This document shows, piece by piece, positions 7,707 through 22,700 of a DNA stretch of 64,000 nt (position 1 is its first letter; every line of letters starts with the position of its first letter). The notes below the pieces were generated by a model. The model made no database searches, was not told the DNA's origin, and saw only the letters and a program-made list of their open reading frames with translations. Made by a program: the position numbers and the translations under genes. Origin of the DNA: Verrucomicrobiia bacterium (GTDB taxonomy: Bacteria > Verrucomicrobiota > Verrucomicrobiia > Limisphaerales > JAKPVM01); contig JBMFQZ010000013.1 of assembly GCA_049968335.1 (NCBI GenBank), positions 15,965-79,964 on the forward strand, given 5' to 3'.

Positions 7707-10700
7707 TCACTTGTTAATGTAAAATGCCTTCACAAGTTCATCAGGCGAAAGTCCGCACCTGTCGCGAACAAGCACGCCGTTTGCAAAGAACGCCTGGTCC
7801 TCCTTCAACACAAGTGAATAGACTGTTTGTTTATCTTTCAATTTAGAAACAGACCTTATAACCGTGTGCTTACCATCAGGCTTCATTAACCAATCGCCTG
7901 CTGTCAATTGGCGCGCAAGCGTCCACCCCTTGCCATCAACCCAAAACGCGTGATCGCCAGTTGCAATGACACTCTTCTGTTCCGACCCTTCGCTGCCAAA
8001 TTCAATCCTGTATAACTCATCGCTCGTTCGCTGGGTTACGAGTCTGACCTGCGCCTTTTCTTTCTCTGAATACCCTGTCCTCACCCAATCGCCTATCTTT
8101 ACCATCTGTATCGGTTTGGTCTTTCCATCCGCCATCAATACCGATGTCCCTTCCACAAAACAGACGGGACTGTAGAAACCATAACCTGAACCAGTTGAAT
8201 AACCGCCACCGCCACTGCCACTACCTGGACCTGTCAACTGTTGCGCAAGACAAGTAACAAGTCCCATTGCAAAACTGATAGGCCATGGCACGCTCGGACA
8301 GGGCGACGGCAAGAAACCTAACGGACTGAACCCGGGCGAACAGAATAGCGAATAGACTACAACAAGTCCTGCCGCCGCTTTTAACGCTCCTCGTAAATCG
8401 GCGCACTGTCCATCCCCGCTAAACCTTGCGGCGATCGTCGCGATATCTTGCAAAAATTGGGCTAACCCGACAAGTCCACCGGTTACACAATCTGCATAGT
8501 CTTTCCCATCAAACTTTGGTTTTGCCCCGCTTTTTGCGGCTACGTTAATCCTTGCCTGATTTGTTCCACCGATATAGACCGTCTGCAACGGTACCTCAAC
8601 CGATTCCTGCGGCAATAAGACAGGGATATAATCAATCAGCGGAACAAGTGTTGCATTGGGTAACTCAGTCCCTTCAATGATCACATCATTCAACTGCAAT
8701 AATCCGGCGTTTTTAACTATCGCGATTATCGTTGCCTCAAACCCAGGCGGCACGTTTTCATACTTCACCATCGGCGGCGTTACAACAAGCACAGGAACCG
8801 GAACGTGCGTTTCAAATGTCTGTTCAATCTTTATCTCGTATTTATCAGTAAACGGCACCGGCTCAACGGTAAAATTGACAGTAACAAGATTTCTGGACAG
8901 CCTGACGCTCACAAGTTGCGTCTGGTCAGGTTCAACCGTAACAGTCCCGCTCATCGGACTATGCCCGGGCGCAGTAACAAGATATGACCAGTCGCCTTCC
9001 TGAAGGTTTGTAATCGTGGTATATCCGTTTGCGTCGGTCGTAGAGGACAACTCTTGATTCAAAACCAGATTCTTTATTCTCACAGTCGCGTTCGGCACTG
9101 GGTAAGTTAAAATATTATCAACAAAGAACCTTACGTTCCCGCTCTTGCTTGATGTTACAAGGGTAAAGATGTTTATCTTGAATGTCCCCGTAAGATTCGT
9201 TCCACCGATGACGAGTGAGTCCTCGTGATATTCAAGTGATGTATCTTGCGGCGGCGCAGCCACAACCACGAATGTATTTGACCCACCAACTGGGATATCT
9301 GGAAGGTGAATCAAACCATCCTGCGCAATCGGAAGGTTAACTCTGACCCACCCAGTATTCGTGGGCGGTATTATATATGCGCCAGATAAATCGTTCATCC
9401 CCCGATTTACCACCGTTATTGAGCGGCTCTTGAAATCGCCCCTGTTAACGCTCATCTCAACATAACCAACAGCAGGATCAACAACAGATAACACCGGGAC
9501 TGCTGGCAATAACGTTACATTCCCAACAACAGTTGCCGATGCCCCTTCCCCAGACCTCACAATAAATTCAACTATTGCATTGTCCGGAGCATCCACCGCA
9601 GCGCCAAGGCTCATCTGTAGTGACCTCCTCTCCCTTGGACCCAAAACGAAATTCTCAGGTATCCCGACACTACCTGTTACAGTACTTATTGGCACACTAT
9701 TGGTACCCTCCATCCTATAAGCCCTGAATTCATAACCGAAATTGGACATCTGTTCATCACCCGGATTGACCAGTGTAACTGAGAAGTCTATAGAACCATT
9801 CTTTGACATCCGTATGTCAAATTGCTGCGGTGTCACATAAATTCGGTAAACCTTTATCTCCACTTGATTCAATACATCAAATATATCCGGATGCGCAGCC
9901 CAGATTTTTATCGCTCCGCTTAACCCCCTCTGCGGCTCATAAATAAACTGATAGTTTCCACTCTCATCAGTTACTACATCCTTGTAGAAACGATAACCCT
10001 GCGTGAAGAATCCGATCTTCAACGGCGAATTCGGTTTTGGTTGCCCGGTAGCGCGGTCAATTGCTTGACCGGTGATGGTCACGTTCTCGTTGTTTGCATA
10101 GAACTGTTTATCGGTATTCGCAGTACCATAATAAGGTGTCTGAATAAGCGCGCTAACAAGCGAACCAGTTAACGGTCCGGAAATCGTCTCGTCGCTTACA
10201 GCAATCTTGTTGTAAATCTTCTCAACAACCGCCTCAATATACGCTGCATTTGTCCCAAGCGATGCCGGTATCAAAACATTGCTAACCGTTATCAATTTGA
10301 ACGATTCTGACGGTATCCTAACAAACGCCCGTCCGTCCGGTGCCATCATAATTCCCGCAGGCATTCCACTGTATTGAACACGATTCACCTCCTGACCAAA
10401 CATATTCTTAACCGATATATACAAATCGCCCGGGTCATTCCCCTGATTCCTTGATAACACAACGTCAATAGGAACATCAGAACGATTGTAAATCTTCACA
10501 TCAAACGAAGCCAATCCACCACTAACCGGCTGTTCATTTGCAGACATCTCAATCATCACCCGCGATGGACGATAATTGTCAAAACTAAACGCTTTCTGGT
10601 ATGTGACAGTTGTTGCAGGATCTGGTGTTGCTTGAACCACTTTTACTAAAAATGCCTGTCCATATTGTTCCCGTGCCGATGGAAATACTACAAACCGCTC

Positions 10701-13700
10701 TATTCCGGAATTTGTCTGCAATGTGATAGGCAAATTAATCTGTTTTGTATAACTCTCTTTTGTCGCAAGAGTGCGAAGCAGTTGGATATTATTAAGCGGC
10801 ATTCCGGATTCATTCGCCAAGTTCGTAACCGATAACCTAAATTCATCAAAATATTTTGTTACAAGCGTGCTATTTGTTTGCCCGCGTCCAACCATCAAAT
10901 TCACCGATATAGGATAAATTGTAACAGACCTTGGCGGTCCTTCGGCGTTCGTTGAGTTAAGCGCGCGAACTTCATAAATCACAGCCTGATTACCTATCGC
11001 AAATGGGTCAGTATAAACCCTACTTGTTAATGGTTGAGCGTTCTGTTTAATCCCGTTTCTGTAAATATTAAATGCGACAGCGGTCGGGTCTGATACCTCC
11101 CATCTTAATTGCGGCGCATTCTCAACTACCACATCAATTCTATCCACAGCGCCGACAAGTTGTTCAACCGTTACAACATCGCTAAGCGCTTCATTCCCCA
11201 CGGCGTCAACAGCCGATACCGTGTATGAATTCAACCCGCGCGGTGGTCTATCTATAATGGTCGTTTCAGATGTAGTCGTCCGTATCAAACTATTGTTCCG
11301 ATATATGCGGAATTCGCTTGGATTCTCGCCCACTACTTTTTCCCAGGTAATAACGACACCCTGCGCAGTTAATTGCGCTACCACATTTGTCGGCGCCGGC
11401 GGCGGCGTTCTGTCAGAAACTACAATCCTTACAGCCGATGGCGTGCTCTCCGCACCGCGTCTCAACGCTGTAACAACATACCGATAAGAACCATCGGCAG
11501 GCGGCAAGTCAACATAACTGTTCGTCGCAATACCATCGGCAACAATGACAGTTGGCGGAACAGCGTTTGAACCTACTTCTGAATAAATACGATAGCTCTC
11601 CGCGTTCGTGACACTATTCCAATTAAGTTGAATATAGCCACCGGGTTTTGCCACCGCCATTAGTCCGGTCGGCGCCGCTGGTGGAGTCGGCGTTTCAGTA
11701 TTGTAAACCTCTAAAAACGCGCCAGATTCAATATATTGACCGACATTATCAAGCGCATCTCTTGCTTGCATTGTGAATGAGCCAAACCCGCTGCCCATTG
11801 ACGGATCTAATCGCAAGATGCCGCTCCAATTTGTGCCCGAACCACTCAATGGGATAGTAACATTTGTCCCAATCGGTGGCTTGAATGCGAGCACCGGCGT
11901 TGTGTCCGGCTTCTGCGGTTCACTCAAAGTGAGGTTCACCGAGACATCAACCTGATTGGTTATCTGAACAGGCGCAGCCGGCGCGCACACAATTCTGCCC
12001 ACTGGTGGCGTCACATCTACAATGAACGGCGCTCCTTGCGGTGTCCCTTCAAACGTATTCCCCGCTAAATCAATCCCCGCAACTCTAAATTCCGCTAATC
12101 CAGAGCGGGTGATTGGCGTTATATTCAAATCTGCAACAAAACTATTTAATCCCATCCCCGGAGCGAGAGTGATTGCAATTGGTTCGCCCCCAGCGTATTT
12201 GATGGTCAAATTCGGAACCCCTGTAAGCGGTTCAGAAGCCGTAACTGTTATTTGAACAGTTCCCACGCCTACCGGCGGCGTCTTGTTAAATGCGATGCTA
12301 AACTGCGGCGGCGTTGCATCATAATTATAAGTGATTAAGTCCGAAACCGCGCTCTCATTCCCTGCTTCATCATATCCAACAACCCCAAAATAATACCGAC
12401 CGTCCGGTATCCCCTTCAGCGTATAATCCATCTTCGTCAATATACCGCTCTGTCCGCTTGCCTGTTGAGGCGTGGTAAATTGATTTGTATGCCATAACAC
12501 TCTGAACCTCGTGGCTCTTTCACCTTCCGACTTATATCGCCAGCTTAAATACAATCCATCACGCTGACTATAAAACGGATCGTTCATTATAACCGCTGCA
12601 GGCGGTCCAGAATCAACAACCACAACGCAAGGAACACCGCTCGCGCTGCCAATCTCATCAAACGCGCTCGCAACAATGTTGTTTGCGCCTTCTATCAATG
12701 CGATATTCGTGAACGCAAACGAACCGTCTGCCGCTGCCTGTGTTAAACCTAACGTCGCGCCGCCCCTTGTTAAACTCACGCTAATGAATGGTTCTGCCGT
12801 ACCGGTAAAATTCATCCTGTTGCTTGAAATTACAATCCCACTCTGAGGCGAAGTTATCACTGGCGCCGAAGGTGGTTCAACAGCGATAATTACATTCCGT
12901 TCAAGCACGGCAAAATTGGCAAAATTATCCCGCGCCACGAGTTTGACCCGATGAATTCCGTTTGGATAATTTCTAACATCAACCCGTTGAGAATAACTCC
13001 CACCAGCAACCGAACTTATCAAATTATTGTCTATGTAAAACTCAATCGCAGACATTCCAAGCGTCGCCGTAGCAGTGCCAGTCACAGTTAATGGACGCTT
13101 CAATATCATTCCTTCTGTCAGGTTAAACGATGTGATAACTGGACCAGCCGTGATGTAATTCACAGTGATACTGATAGGCGGATTTGTGTTTCCTGTAACA
13201 CTACGAAATTGCGCGTAAATTGTCTTTTCCCCGCCCCCTTCGCTAAGCATGAACGAAGCAATCGGCTTAAATGGTTCAAACGGTGTCAACGGGAATAACC
13301 AGTTTTCGCTAAAGCGCATAGACTCTGCTGTCCGACAAGCCACTTCAATGTTAACACTCCGCGAACCAACCTGTGTCAAATTGTTCTGAATTCTAATCGC
13401 CGGCGTCAACAGTGGCTCGCCAGTCAGATATTCATTATAATTTACCGTGCCGGAAATGGTGTTTGTTATGTCTGTTAAGTCAGCGCTCCCCCACCAGTTC
13501 TTTGTTGCAGTAAATGCAGCCGCTCCTTGTTCAACCGCATTGGTAATGTTGTTCTTAATTACAGAATTGGTTATAAACATAGTTGCGCCTGCGCCTGCAT
13601 AAATACCGACAGGATTATAAGCAATCAAACCATCCCTTGTGCTCAATGCAGCACTGCCTGAAACAGCCAAACCAGCAACGCTATTGTAAACAGTCGTCAA

Positions 13701-16700
13701 TGCGTCAACCGTCGGAGAGCATCCATTTACAAACAATCCCTTGCCATATTTAATAAAGACGTGTCTTAAAGTTGAGCCGCCAGCGCCAGAATTTAATTCA
13801 ACACCATCCCAATCGCCTGCTTGCGGCACGCCACCCTGAACATCGTTCACGGATGTTAAGACAATCGGATCAAGCGCGCTTCCATTTGCAACTAATGTCC
13901 CTTGTCCAACAACAATCTTCGTCCCGGGCATAAACCGTAATACCGTCCGCGGCGAAATCGTAACAGTCGCCCTGTTTGTTATTACAATTGTTTGATAAAT
14001 GACTAATTCCTGCCCCGTTTCGCCTATGGTTAAATTATTAGTGACAACACCGGCGTATGGATCGCGCCAGACTACTGTGCCTACTGCTGGATTAAACTCC
14101 CCATTTACATTCACGCCCACAACTGCAAAGTAATAGGTTGCTAATCGGTTAAGATTTGAAACTACAACCGAACGGTCGTTTACACCCAACACCTGCCGCG
14201 CTGTCAATCCGCTTACATTTCCAAAATTATTTGTCTCGTAATAGAGCCTGAATCCGCCAAAACCGATTAACTCCGATGTTGAATAATTTTGCCACGAAAT
14301 CCTCGCGGCATTCGCGCCAACAGGAGCAATTGTAATTGCTACCGGTGGCGGAAGCGCTGGTCTTAATATGAATGATAGCGGTGTAACCTCTTGAATAGCG
14401 TTCCCGGCAACATCAACAGCAACTACCGCAACATAATAAGTAGTATCAAGTTTTAAATTATAATAGGTATAACTCCTTGCCGAAGCAGATAACCATGCAA
14501 CATTATTAAGTCCAGCAACCGAGTTGAAATTGTTCGTGCTGATATAAACTCTGAATCCAGCGAGGTCTTGTGGCGCTGCGTAACCCTGCCACGAAATCGT
14601 AGCGGAAACGCTATTTGAAGCGCTTAAGACAAGAGTTGGCGCAGACGGCGGTGTCGCATCAACTACGAATTTCAAAATGTTCGTAGTCTCAATCGTAAGT
14701 CCGTTTGTATCAGCCGCACCAGAAATATAAACATAGTTCGTTCCATCCGTCCCTGCTCCAAACACAATTCCCGGTAATACAAATGTATCATTGCTTCCTG
14801 TGCGATTAGTCCAATAACCAATCTGGCTAAAGATTGCCTGCGCTACCCCTACCGGATTCGTAACCACTATCAGTGGAGCAACGTTTGCATTCATCGTGCG
14901 GTCAAATTGAAGAGTCAGAACAAAATTGCTTGTCGCAGGCACTGGCGCCTGATGGCTTACTAATATGTTTGTAATCACCGGCAATATACTGTTTGCGTCA
15001 TAATAAGCCACGTAATTCATATTTGACGGATCAAGCGTGCTGAAAGTCTTTGAAAATGCGTTTGAATTGTTCAGAAATACAACGTTGAGTTTGAATTCCT
15101 TAAACCTGTAAATATAAGGCGGATTTGTAATGCTCAACGGCGCCGATATTGTAGCAACCTGACCATTTGAGTATGTCCCGCTGCCAGTAACTGTGGCAAG
15201 CCCCTGCGGAACTGTTGCCGTTGTTACATAATGAACCGGATTCGCTTCATTGTAATTTGCCACTACAACCCGATTGCTCTTAACCACAACAACTAATTGT
15301 GTTGAAGTGCCAATTTGCGCCCCACTCTCACTCCAGTGGCTAAACAGATAGCCCTGCGATGGCACAGCCACTAATGTATTTGTTGATCCATAAACATATA
15401 CACCCTGTCCTAACACGGTTCCTCCAGATGGCGGATTGTTTGAGGCGCTTAACTGATAACTCGGCAATCCAAAGTTCGCCACAAGATTCCTGCTGCGGAT
15501 AATCGTAAACGTGTAATTTGTACTCGCGCTCTGAAATACTCCATTTTCAAGCCAGTTTACAAACCGATATGGCATAACATTTGTGTTCGCAATGGCGCTC
15601 ACCGTAACCGATGACCCAGATGGATAAGACCCGCCACCGCTCACAAACCCCGCATCTGGCGGATTCACCGTTATATCAACATTATACATCTGTGTAATCG
15701 CAAAAGTCGTTGTGAACAAATTCTGCTCTGCGCTTGCGTGCCCGATCTGGTTAAATTCATAAATATCGTTCCGCGAGTCTGTGATAACTATGACTGAGAA
15801 ATTCCCTGCCTCTGTTATTGCAACTGGAAGATTATTTGTCACGCCACCGTTTACTGGTAAACTCTCGCTAACCGTTCTTTCAAGATTGAGCAATACCGTG
15901 CCCAAAGTCTCATTCTTCACAATCACCCGCTCCTTGAATCCGCTGGCAGCAACCCCGGTTCCACGGTTAACCGTAATCCACTTAATATTATAAACAGAGC
16001 CAGATTGCGGTGTTATAACCTGCAAGCCTTCAACCACAATATCAGGATATGGCGCAAGATTGATCAAGAATGTGTTATCGCTTGCAAGCGTATTATCCCC
16101 TTCAAGCACAAACTCATTCACCGCGTTAAACGCGTCCGCTTGCACAATCAAGTAATAATTCCCAAAAACACCTTCGGGTATAAGAGCGCTATTTGTGACG
16201 CTATAACTTGAACCGTTGCCTACAATCCCTGTATGTGGAATAACGGCAAGCAAAATATCATCCGCATCGCCGTAAACTTTATTTAGAGAAATAACAACCC
16301 TGTCAGACCATGACGAAACATCGGTAGGCGAATTCCCTGCATTTACAACTTCGTAAGAGAATGTAATCGGACTGCCACTCATAGCCGCATTCGTCGGCGG
16401 ATTAACACTCGTTACAACCAGATTGGCAAAATTAAATGCCCCGCTTGGCGCTACCTGAATGTCAATCACATATTCCTCCTGCAACCCAGCGTTCGGTGTA
16501 TCTGAATTGACCTTGATATAGTAATTGCCAGTCTGTGTTATTCTAACCTCAGCAACCCCATCGTTCGGACGCGACTGCCCTGACTCTGCCATATAAACTC
16601 CAACCGCATTATAAACCCCGACAACAGGCGCAAACTTGCTCAACACTGGCTGCCGTACTGAAACATAAATCGTGTATCCGTTGCTGACTGTCCCAATATT

Positions 16701-19700
16701 ATACCAGTCAACATCTCCAACCGTTCTGATATATCCCGCGACATTGCCAGAATAATTGCTGCCGTTTCTGACTAAACCTATTGCATTTGCCAACGCCAGC
16801 GAGTCGTTAGCTTCCTGTTCAATCTGTTGCGATTCGTCTGCAACTACCACTTTGATCCGATACTCTCCCTGATAACTGCTGTTTGCCGCAACCCTGATGT
16901 AATAAGTCCCATTACTTTGTATCGTCACAACCGCTGATTGACCAAGCCCGTTGTTGTCAGAATTGAATGAGGTTACTGTCCCGCCATCTACATTTTCCAA
17001 ACGAATTGACAACGATGAACTGGATGGATTGCCCGGGTTTTCAGTACACACAACAACCTTCTGACCGGCTTGCGCGTCAAAACTCCAGTAGTCAATATCG
17101 TTGCCAGTTCCAATCGTTCCCCGACAGAATCCCGACTTCAATCCCGCAATTGATTCAATAAACGTCACCGGCGTCGCCACGCTGGCTAAATCGTTTGACC
17201 TATTTTCAATCGTAAATCCATCAAGATTGGTTATTACAAAATAACGGGTAACAGGAATAACCTGGTTCAAATATTTGTCCCTCAAAAGCGTAGTGGTCGT
17301 TAGCCTGTAATTTCCCGGCTGCAGCGGTCCGTCAACAACCGTTAGCGTCAAATTCGTCCCGCCACTATATTGCGCTGGCACTAAGTTGTAATACTCATCG
17401 TCTGCAGTATCAAAAACACCGTCCAATCCAGCAGATTGAACCTTGAATCCGTTAAATGGATCATTCGGATACGGATCAACCACATCAATAAAACCATCGC
17501 CATCAGAATCGCTCCCGCTAAATTCAATCACCCCATATAAAGAAGAGTTATATGATAAATCATTCCATAAACCTGATGCCAGCATTTGAGCATAATCCTC
17601 GCCGCCGCTGTTGTTCGGCTCGCCTGTGTTCCAGTTTAAATAAGTTACCGGCTCTCCGCTGACCCACCTGAACGTCCCTTCCTGCAACTCATCCGTCAAT
17701 CCAATCCAGACCGCCGACGATTGCGCAAAATTGAGTCTCACAAACTCATTTTCAGCCGCGCTGTTTATTGTAACTAAATGCCCCCCGCGACTCATCGCAT
17801 AATACTCAGCATCAACCCACCTCATCGCCGAATCTGTTAATATATAATTATGCCCGCCAAAGGTCTTTAACCGGCTCAAAATATTGAACTCCGGATTCAA
17901 CTCCGAACTGAATCCTAATAAAATCCTGTCAACAACAGAGGTTGTCGCTAACCCGCCCGACGGCAACGAAGACGAAACAAGCGCCAGCGCCTGCGTCTTA
18001 ACCAGTTCAATATTTAACAAATACTGCGCGGCTATACCGTTTGGCCTATTATTTGTAACCGTCGTGCCTGCCCACAACGCGCCATTCAAAATCGTTCCGT
18101 TCGCCCCCGTTGGACTTGCATCGGTGAGAACCCGCCCCGCCCCCTCGTCAAACCGCCAGTAACCAACAAGCCCAGACTCCGTCCCGTTGAGCCTGTTGGT
18201 CATTGTCGCCTGTATTTCTCCCGCGCTCCTTGCAACATTCCAAACCCGCACCTCATCAATATTTCCATACCAGTACTCACCATATCCGCTATATTGTCTG
18301 CCAATGCGGAATTCTGTCGTCTGAGACGGGTTCGGGATTGCCGACCCCTTCACCGCCGCCAGAATACCGTTTGTATATAAATAAGTATTGGAAGCAGTCT
18401 TAACTACTGCAATATGAACCCATTGATACATCGGGAATAGCGCGGGCGTCGTTCCCCAGCCATCGCCAGCGCGAATATACTTATTATAATCGTAACCTAA
18501 ATAAAACGCGTTGCCGCCGCTCCCCTGTGAAATTACCTCTCTGTAATTAGAAGCGCTTTCCGCATACACCCATGCCTCTACCGTAAAATCGCCGCTTGAA
18601 GGTATAACACCGCTACCAAACGTCACATAATCATCAACCCCATCAAACCTTAATGAATATCCTGCCTGACCAGACAGGCTAATCGCCGGTACATTCCCTC
18701 CGTAGAACATCCTTATATAATAATTGCCATCCCCGCCTGCCGGCGCCGTCCAGCTCAAATTAGTTCTATCCAATGTATCAGAGGTCGCAATCAATGTCCC
18801 GCTTTGGTTATATAACTCAACTGCCCCGCCAAATCTCCCGTTAAACGGATATAACCAGTTCAAACTAATCGTTGTCCCAGATTCAACATTCGTTAATTTA
18901 TAAAAATCGCTTGTCTCGTAACTGCCGATATAACCGTAAACCTTCCCATTCAATTTTTGAGTCCCTTGATATAACGCAACCACGTTGGCTTCGCCTGCGC
19001 TATTATTATTTTCCAATTCTACTTGAATATTAGATGGAATTAGAGATACTCTGATTCTATATTCGCCGTAATAGTTATAATATCTACTTACTCTAATCGC
19101 ATATCTACCGCTTGAAGTTGCTGTTATCGTCGGTATCTGTCCAAAGCCAGAATAATCTGAATAATAATTATATATTACATTCCCTTCCGGGTTATATACC
19201 GAATAATATAGGCCGCTACTACCGATATTGTTAGGCGTCTCCATCGCAATTGAAATCTTGTCGCCACCGTTCGCGTAGAAACTCCAGAAATCTACATCAG
19301 ATGAATCCGATAACTTGCCGCGCCCCATACTTACTCTAATTCCGCTACCCAATTGGTCTTCAGTTATTAATCCAGTTATATTTCCAAGCAATATCCGCAG
19401 ATTATCTGTATAATAATCCGCTACCGCAATATCCATTGCGCCGTCATTATTAAAGTCTGCTACCGTTGCGGCTCTGCAATTCATTGAATAAGTCAAAATT
19501 GAGTTAAACTCGCCATTCCCAGTATTCTGCATAACTATTAATCTATTAACGCTATATTCTGGAACTATTATATCCTTTAATCCATCATTATTAACATCCG
19601 CAACTGTCAACCAGTATGTATTATTAAGTCCGGGCGAGTATGATTTCCTGGAACTAAATGTGCCGTCTCCCGCGCCTTTAAATATTTCAACAACACCATA

Positions 19701-22700
19701 CTGCGTGCTTACAACAACAATGTCCTTTATATTATCATTATCTATATCGTCAACAACCGCATAAATAGGCGACCTTCCCACCGCAATAAATGAAGGTCCT
19801 CCAAATGTCCCATCGCCATTCCCCAATCTAACCGCAATATTATTTGCGCTTTGATTAACGCTAATTAAGTCCAACTTACCATCGTTGTTTATATCCTTAA
19901 TCTCAACGCATCGTGTTCCGGTACCAGTTGTTATATCTCCTATTTTCAGGAATGTGCCATTCCCATTACCTTTAAACAGGCTAATATTTCCACCATTATA
20001 GTTTGCTGTAACTATGTCAAGCAGACCATCGTTATCAATGTCTCCAACCTTTACATCTAATGGAGACTGACCTGTTATATTAGTTGAATAAAAGTTAAAT
20101 GTCCCATCTCCATTGCCTGTTAATATATATAATTTACTATCATTATAATTAATCGCGGCGATTTCTAACTTATTATCTAAATTAAAGTCAGCTACCGCGC
20201 AACTTTGCAATGAATAACCAATCGAGTAATTTGTAAATAGATTAAATGTTCCATCCCCATTTCCCTTAAACAGATTCATATTGCCAGAATAACACGGCAT
20301 AATTACATCCATTTTGCCATCATTATTAAAATCGCCCTTGGCAATATAATTTGGCATATCGCTCGCTTGAATCACCCCGCCAAATGAGAATGATCCATCA
20401 CCGTTAGTCCTCGCAATCAATCCAAGCGGCGAAGCAGAAATTAACAAATTATTATTTCTCGTTTCATTAACATATCCGGGAACGCCGCTAACTGTAAAAT
20501 ACCTGACATAGTTTGTCCCTAATGTGTTATTCCCTGTATCGGCGAGATTTGAACTGACGATAAATCGGTAATTACCCGGTTGGAGCGGACCGTCCACTAT
20601 AGTATAGTTCGCTGTAAGTCCAGAAGTATAACCCGAATATACAGTATAAACCTCATCATCCGCTGTTCCGAACTGTAAATCCTGCCCAGCATTTCTTAAT
20701 TCATAATTTCCCGAATTTGTAACCGTTACAGGACCCATATCTTCCGAATACGATACAGTAAATGAGTTTATAATATCGGTTGTCGTCCCGTTGTTAGTTG
20801 GAAAACTGTCCCCGGTTATATATGGCGGTATTAAATCCGCAGTTTCTACATTTAACAAATATGAAGCATAAATGCCTGGCGCTTTGTAATTTTGCGGCGC
20901 TAACGCAATCCAGTATATCGTTCCATTTATATTGCCATTGAATCCATTAGTGCTTGAATCTAAAACCGTATTACCGCTTGATTGATTCATACTATAGTAC
21001 GCAACAAGACCATCTTCTACCCCAGCTAATGATTTAAACATATTTGACACTATTCCGTCTTGAGTTAATGACTTATTCCACAGCCTTACTTCAGCCATTA
21101 ACCCGTTAAATGATGAGGCATAGTTGCCTCTTCCAATCCTTAATACTTCATTATTGTCCACGTTTGCCGCAGCTTCACTATTAGTATTAATCCCTGCTAA
21201 ATTGCCATTAACATATAGATAGAATATTCCATTGCTTCTAACCCCCGCTATATGATACCAGTTACCCGGCGTAAGTAGTCCCGAAGTAACCGCTGAATTA
21301 CCGGATATTGTGCTATAAAAATTCACTTTAAACAATGGCTGTATATCCCCATAAGTGTTTATTTCAAGCGCCCAACCTGGATAATTCTGATAATAGGATT
21401 TGCTAAGAATTACATTAGCGCTATTCCCGCCCAGCGCTAATGGCGGCACATAAACTAACGTCTCAACACTAAAGTCATTAGTCCCAAAGTTCAATTTGCT
21501 ATTATTTGGCGTCGTTATTTGAGCGCCGTTGATGTTAATTCCATTCCTAAATGTATCAGTGAAACCATACTGTCCGCTCGCTACCCTCGCGTAAAATGTT
21601 GAATCTCCTCCGACAGGTATATTATAAACAATATTTGTTCCGGTAAGCGGTGAATTGGTCACAAGTTGTCCCGCCTGATTATATATTTCAAAGACTGATG
21701 GAAATCTATAATCTGCCGGCTGCAACAACTTCATCATAATAGATGAACCATACGATAGGTTGCCAATTCTATAATAATCACCCTCAGAATCATTGATATG
21801 TATAATTCCGCCAATATTTGCCACCCTCTTATTTCCGACTAAATTGAAATTAAGCGCGTTTGCCGAACTTATACTTCCATTATTCTCAGACTCAATCTGT
21901 ATATTTGATCCGTATTTAATTAAATTAAATCTGTATTCGCCTCTATAACTATAATTATAAGACACCCGCACATAATATCTACCACTAACTGGTAACACTG
22001 TAGCCAACTGTCCATATCCCCTATAATCTGTGTAAAACGAACTTATCTCATTGCCACTTGGATTAAGAATACTATATCTTAATCCAGAATTATATGGAGA
22101 ATTCGGATTTTCAGTTGCTATTATAACCTTTTCACCAGCAATTCCTTGGAAACTCCAGAAGTCTACATCATTGTTATCTACTAAATTGCCGCGCCCTATC
22201 ACGCTTGAATATCCCGGTGCAATACTACCAATAAGTATTGATTTATTACCAAACAGTATTGTTACACTATTCCTATAATAATTTGCAGTAGCAATGTCTG
22301 GTATTCCATCAGAGTTAAAATCGCCTACGCAAACACTTATGTCATCCGGATCGTTCGGTATACTATACACACTCTTACCCTCAAAACCACCCCCTGCCTT
22401 CCCAAGCATCACCACCACACTATCATATTGATATGTCGGCACTACTATATCTAACCTCCCATCACCATTCAAATCCGTTAGCATAAACTGAAACGCATTG
22501 TGCAAACTATCCCCATAACTGTTCGCACCACTAAACCCTCCTAACCCGTCTCCATAAAATACCTTAATCGTCCAGTTGCTCGCATCCAGCGCCACTATAT
22601 CTAACTTCCCATCCCCATTCACATCCCCTAACCTCACAAATATACAATTCCCACCTACACTCACACCCCCACCATCACTAAACCCGCCCACACCATCCCC

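Noticed and set aside
7707-8162. Polymorphic-toxin (pretoxin-Hint plus toxin) or a true splicing intein
   Set aside because: Only 16 residues follow the Hint domain, so there is no toxin or C-extein, and no immunity-like small gene follows. The terminal His-Asn needed for splicing is Arg-Asp.
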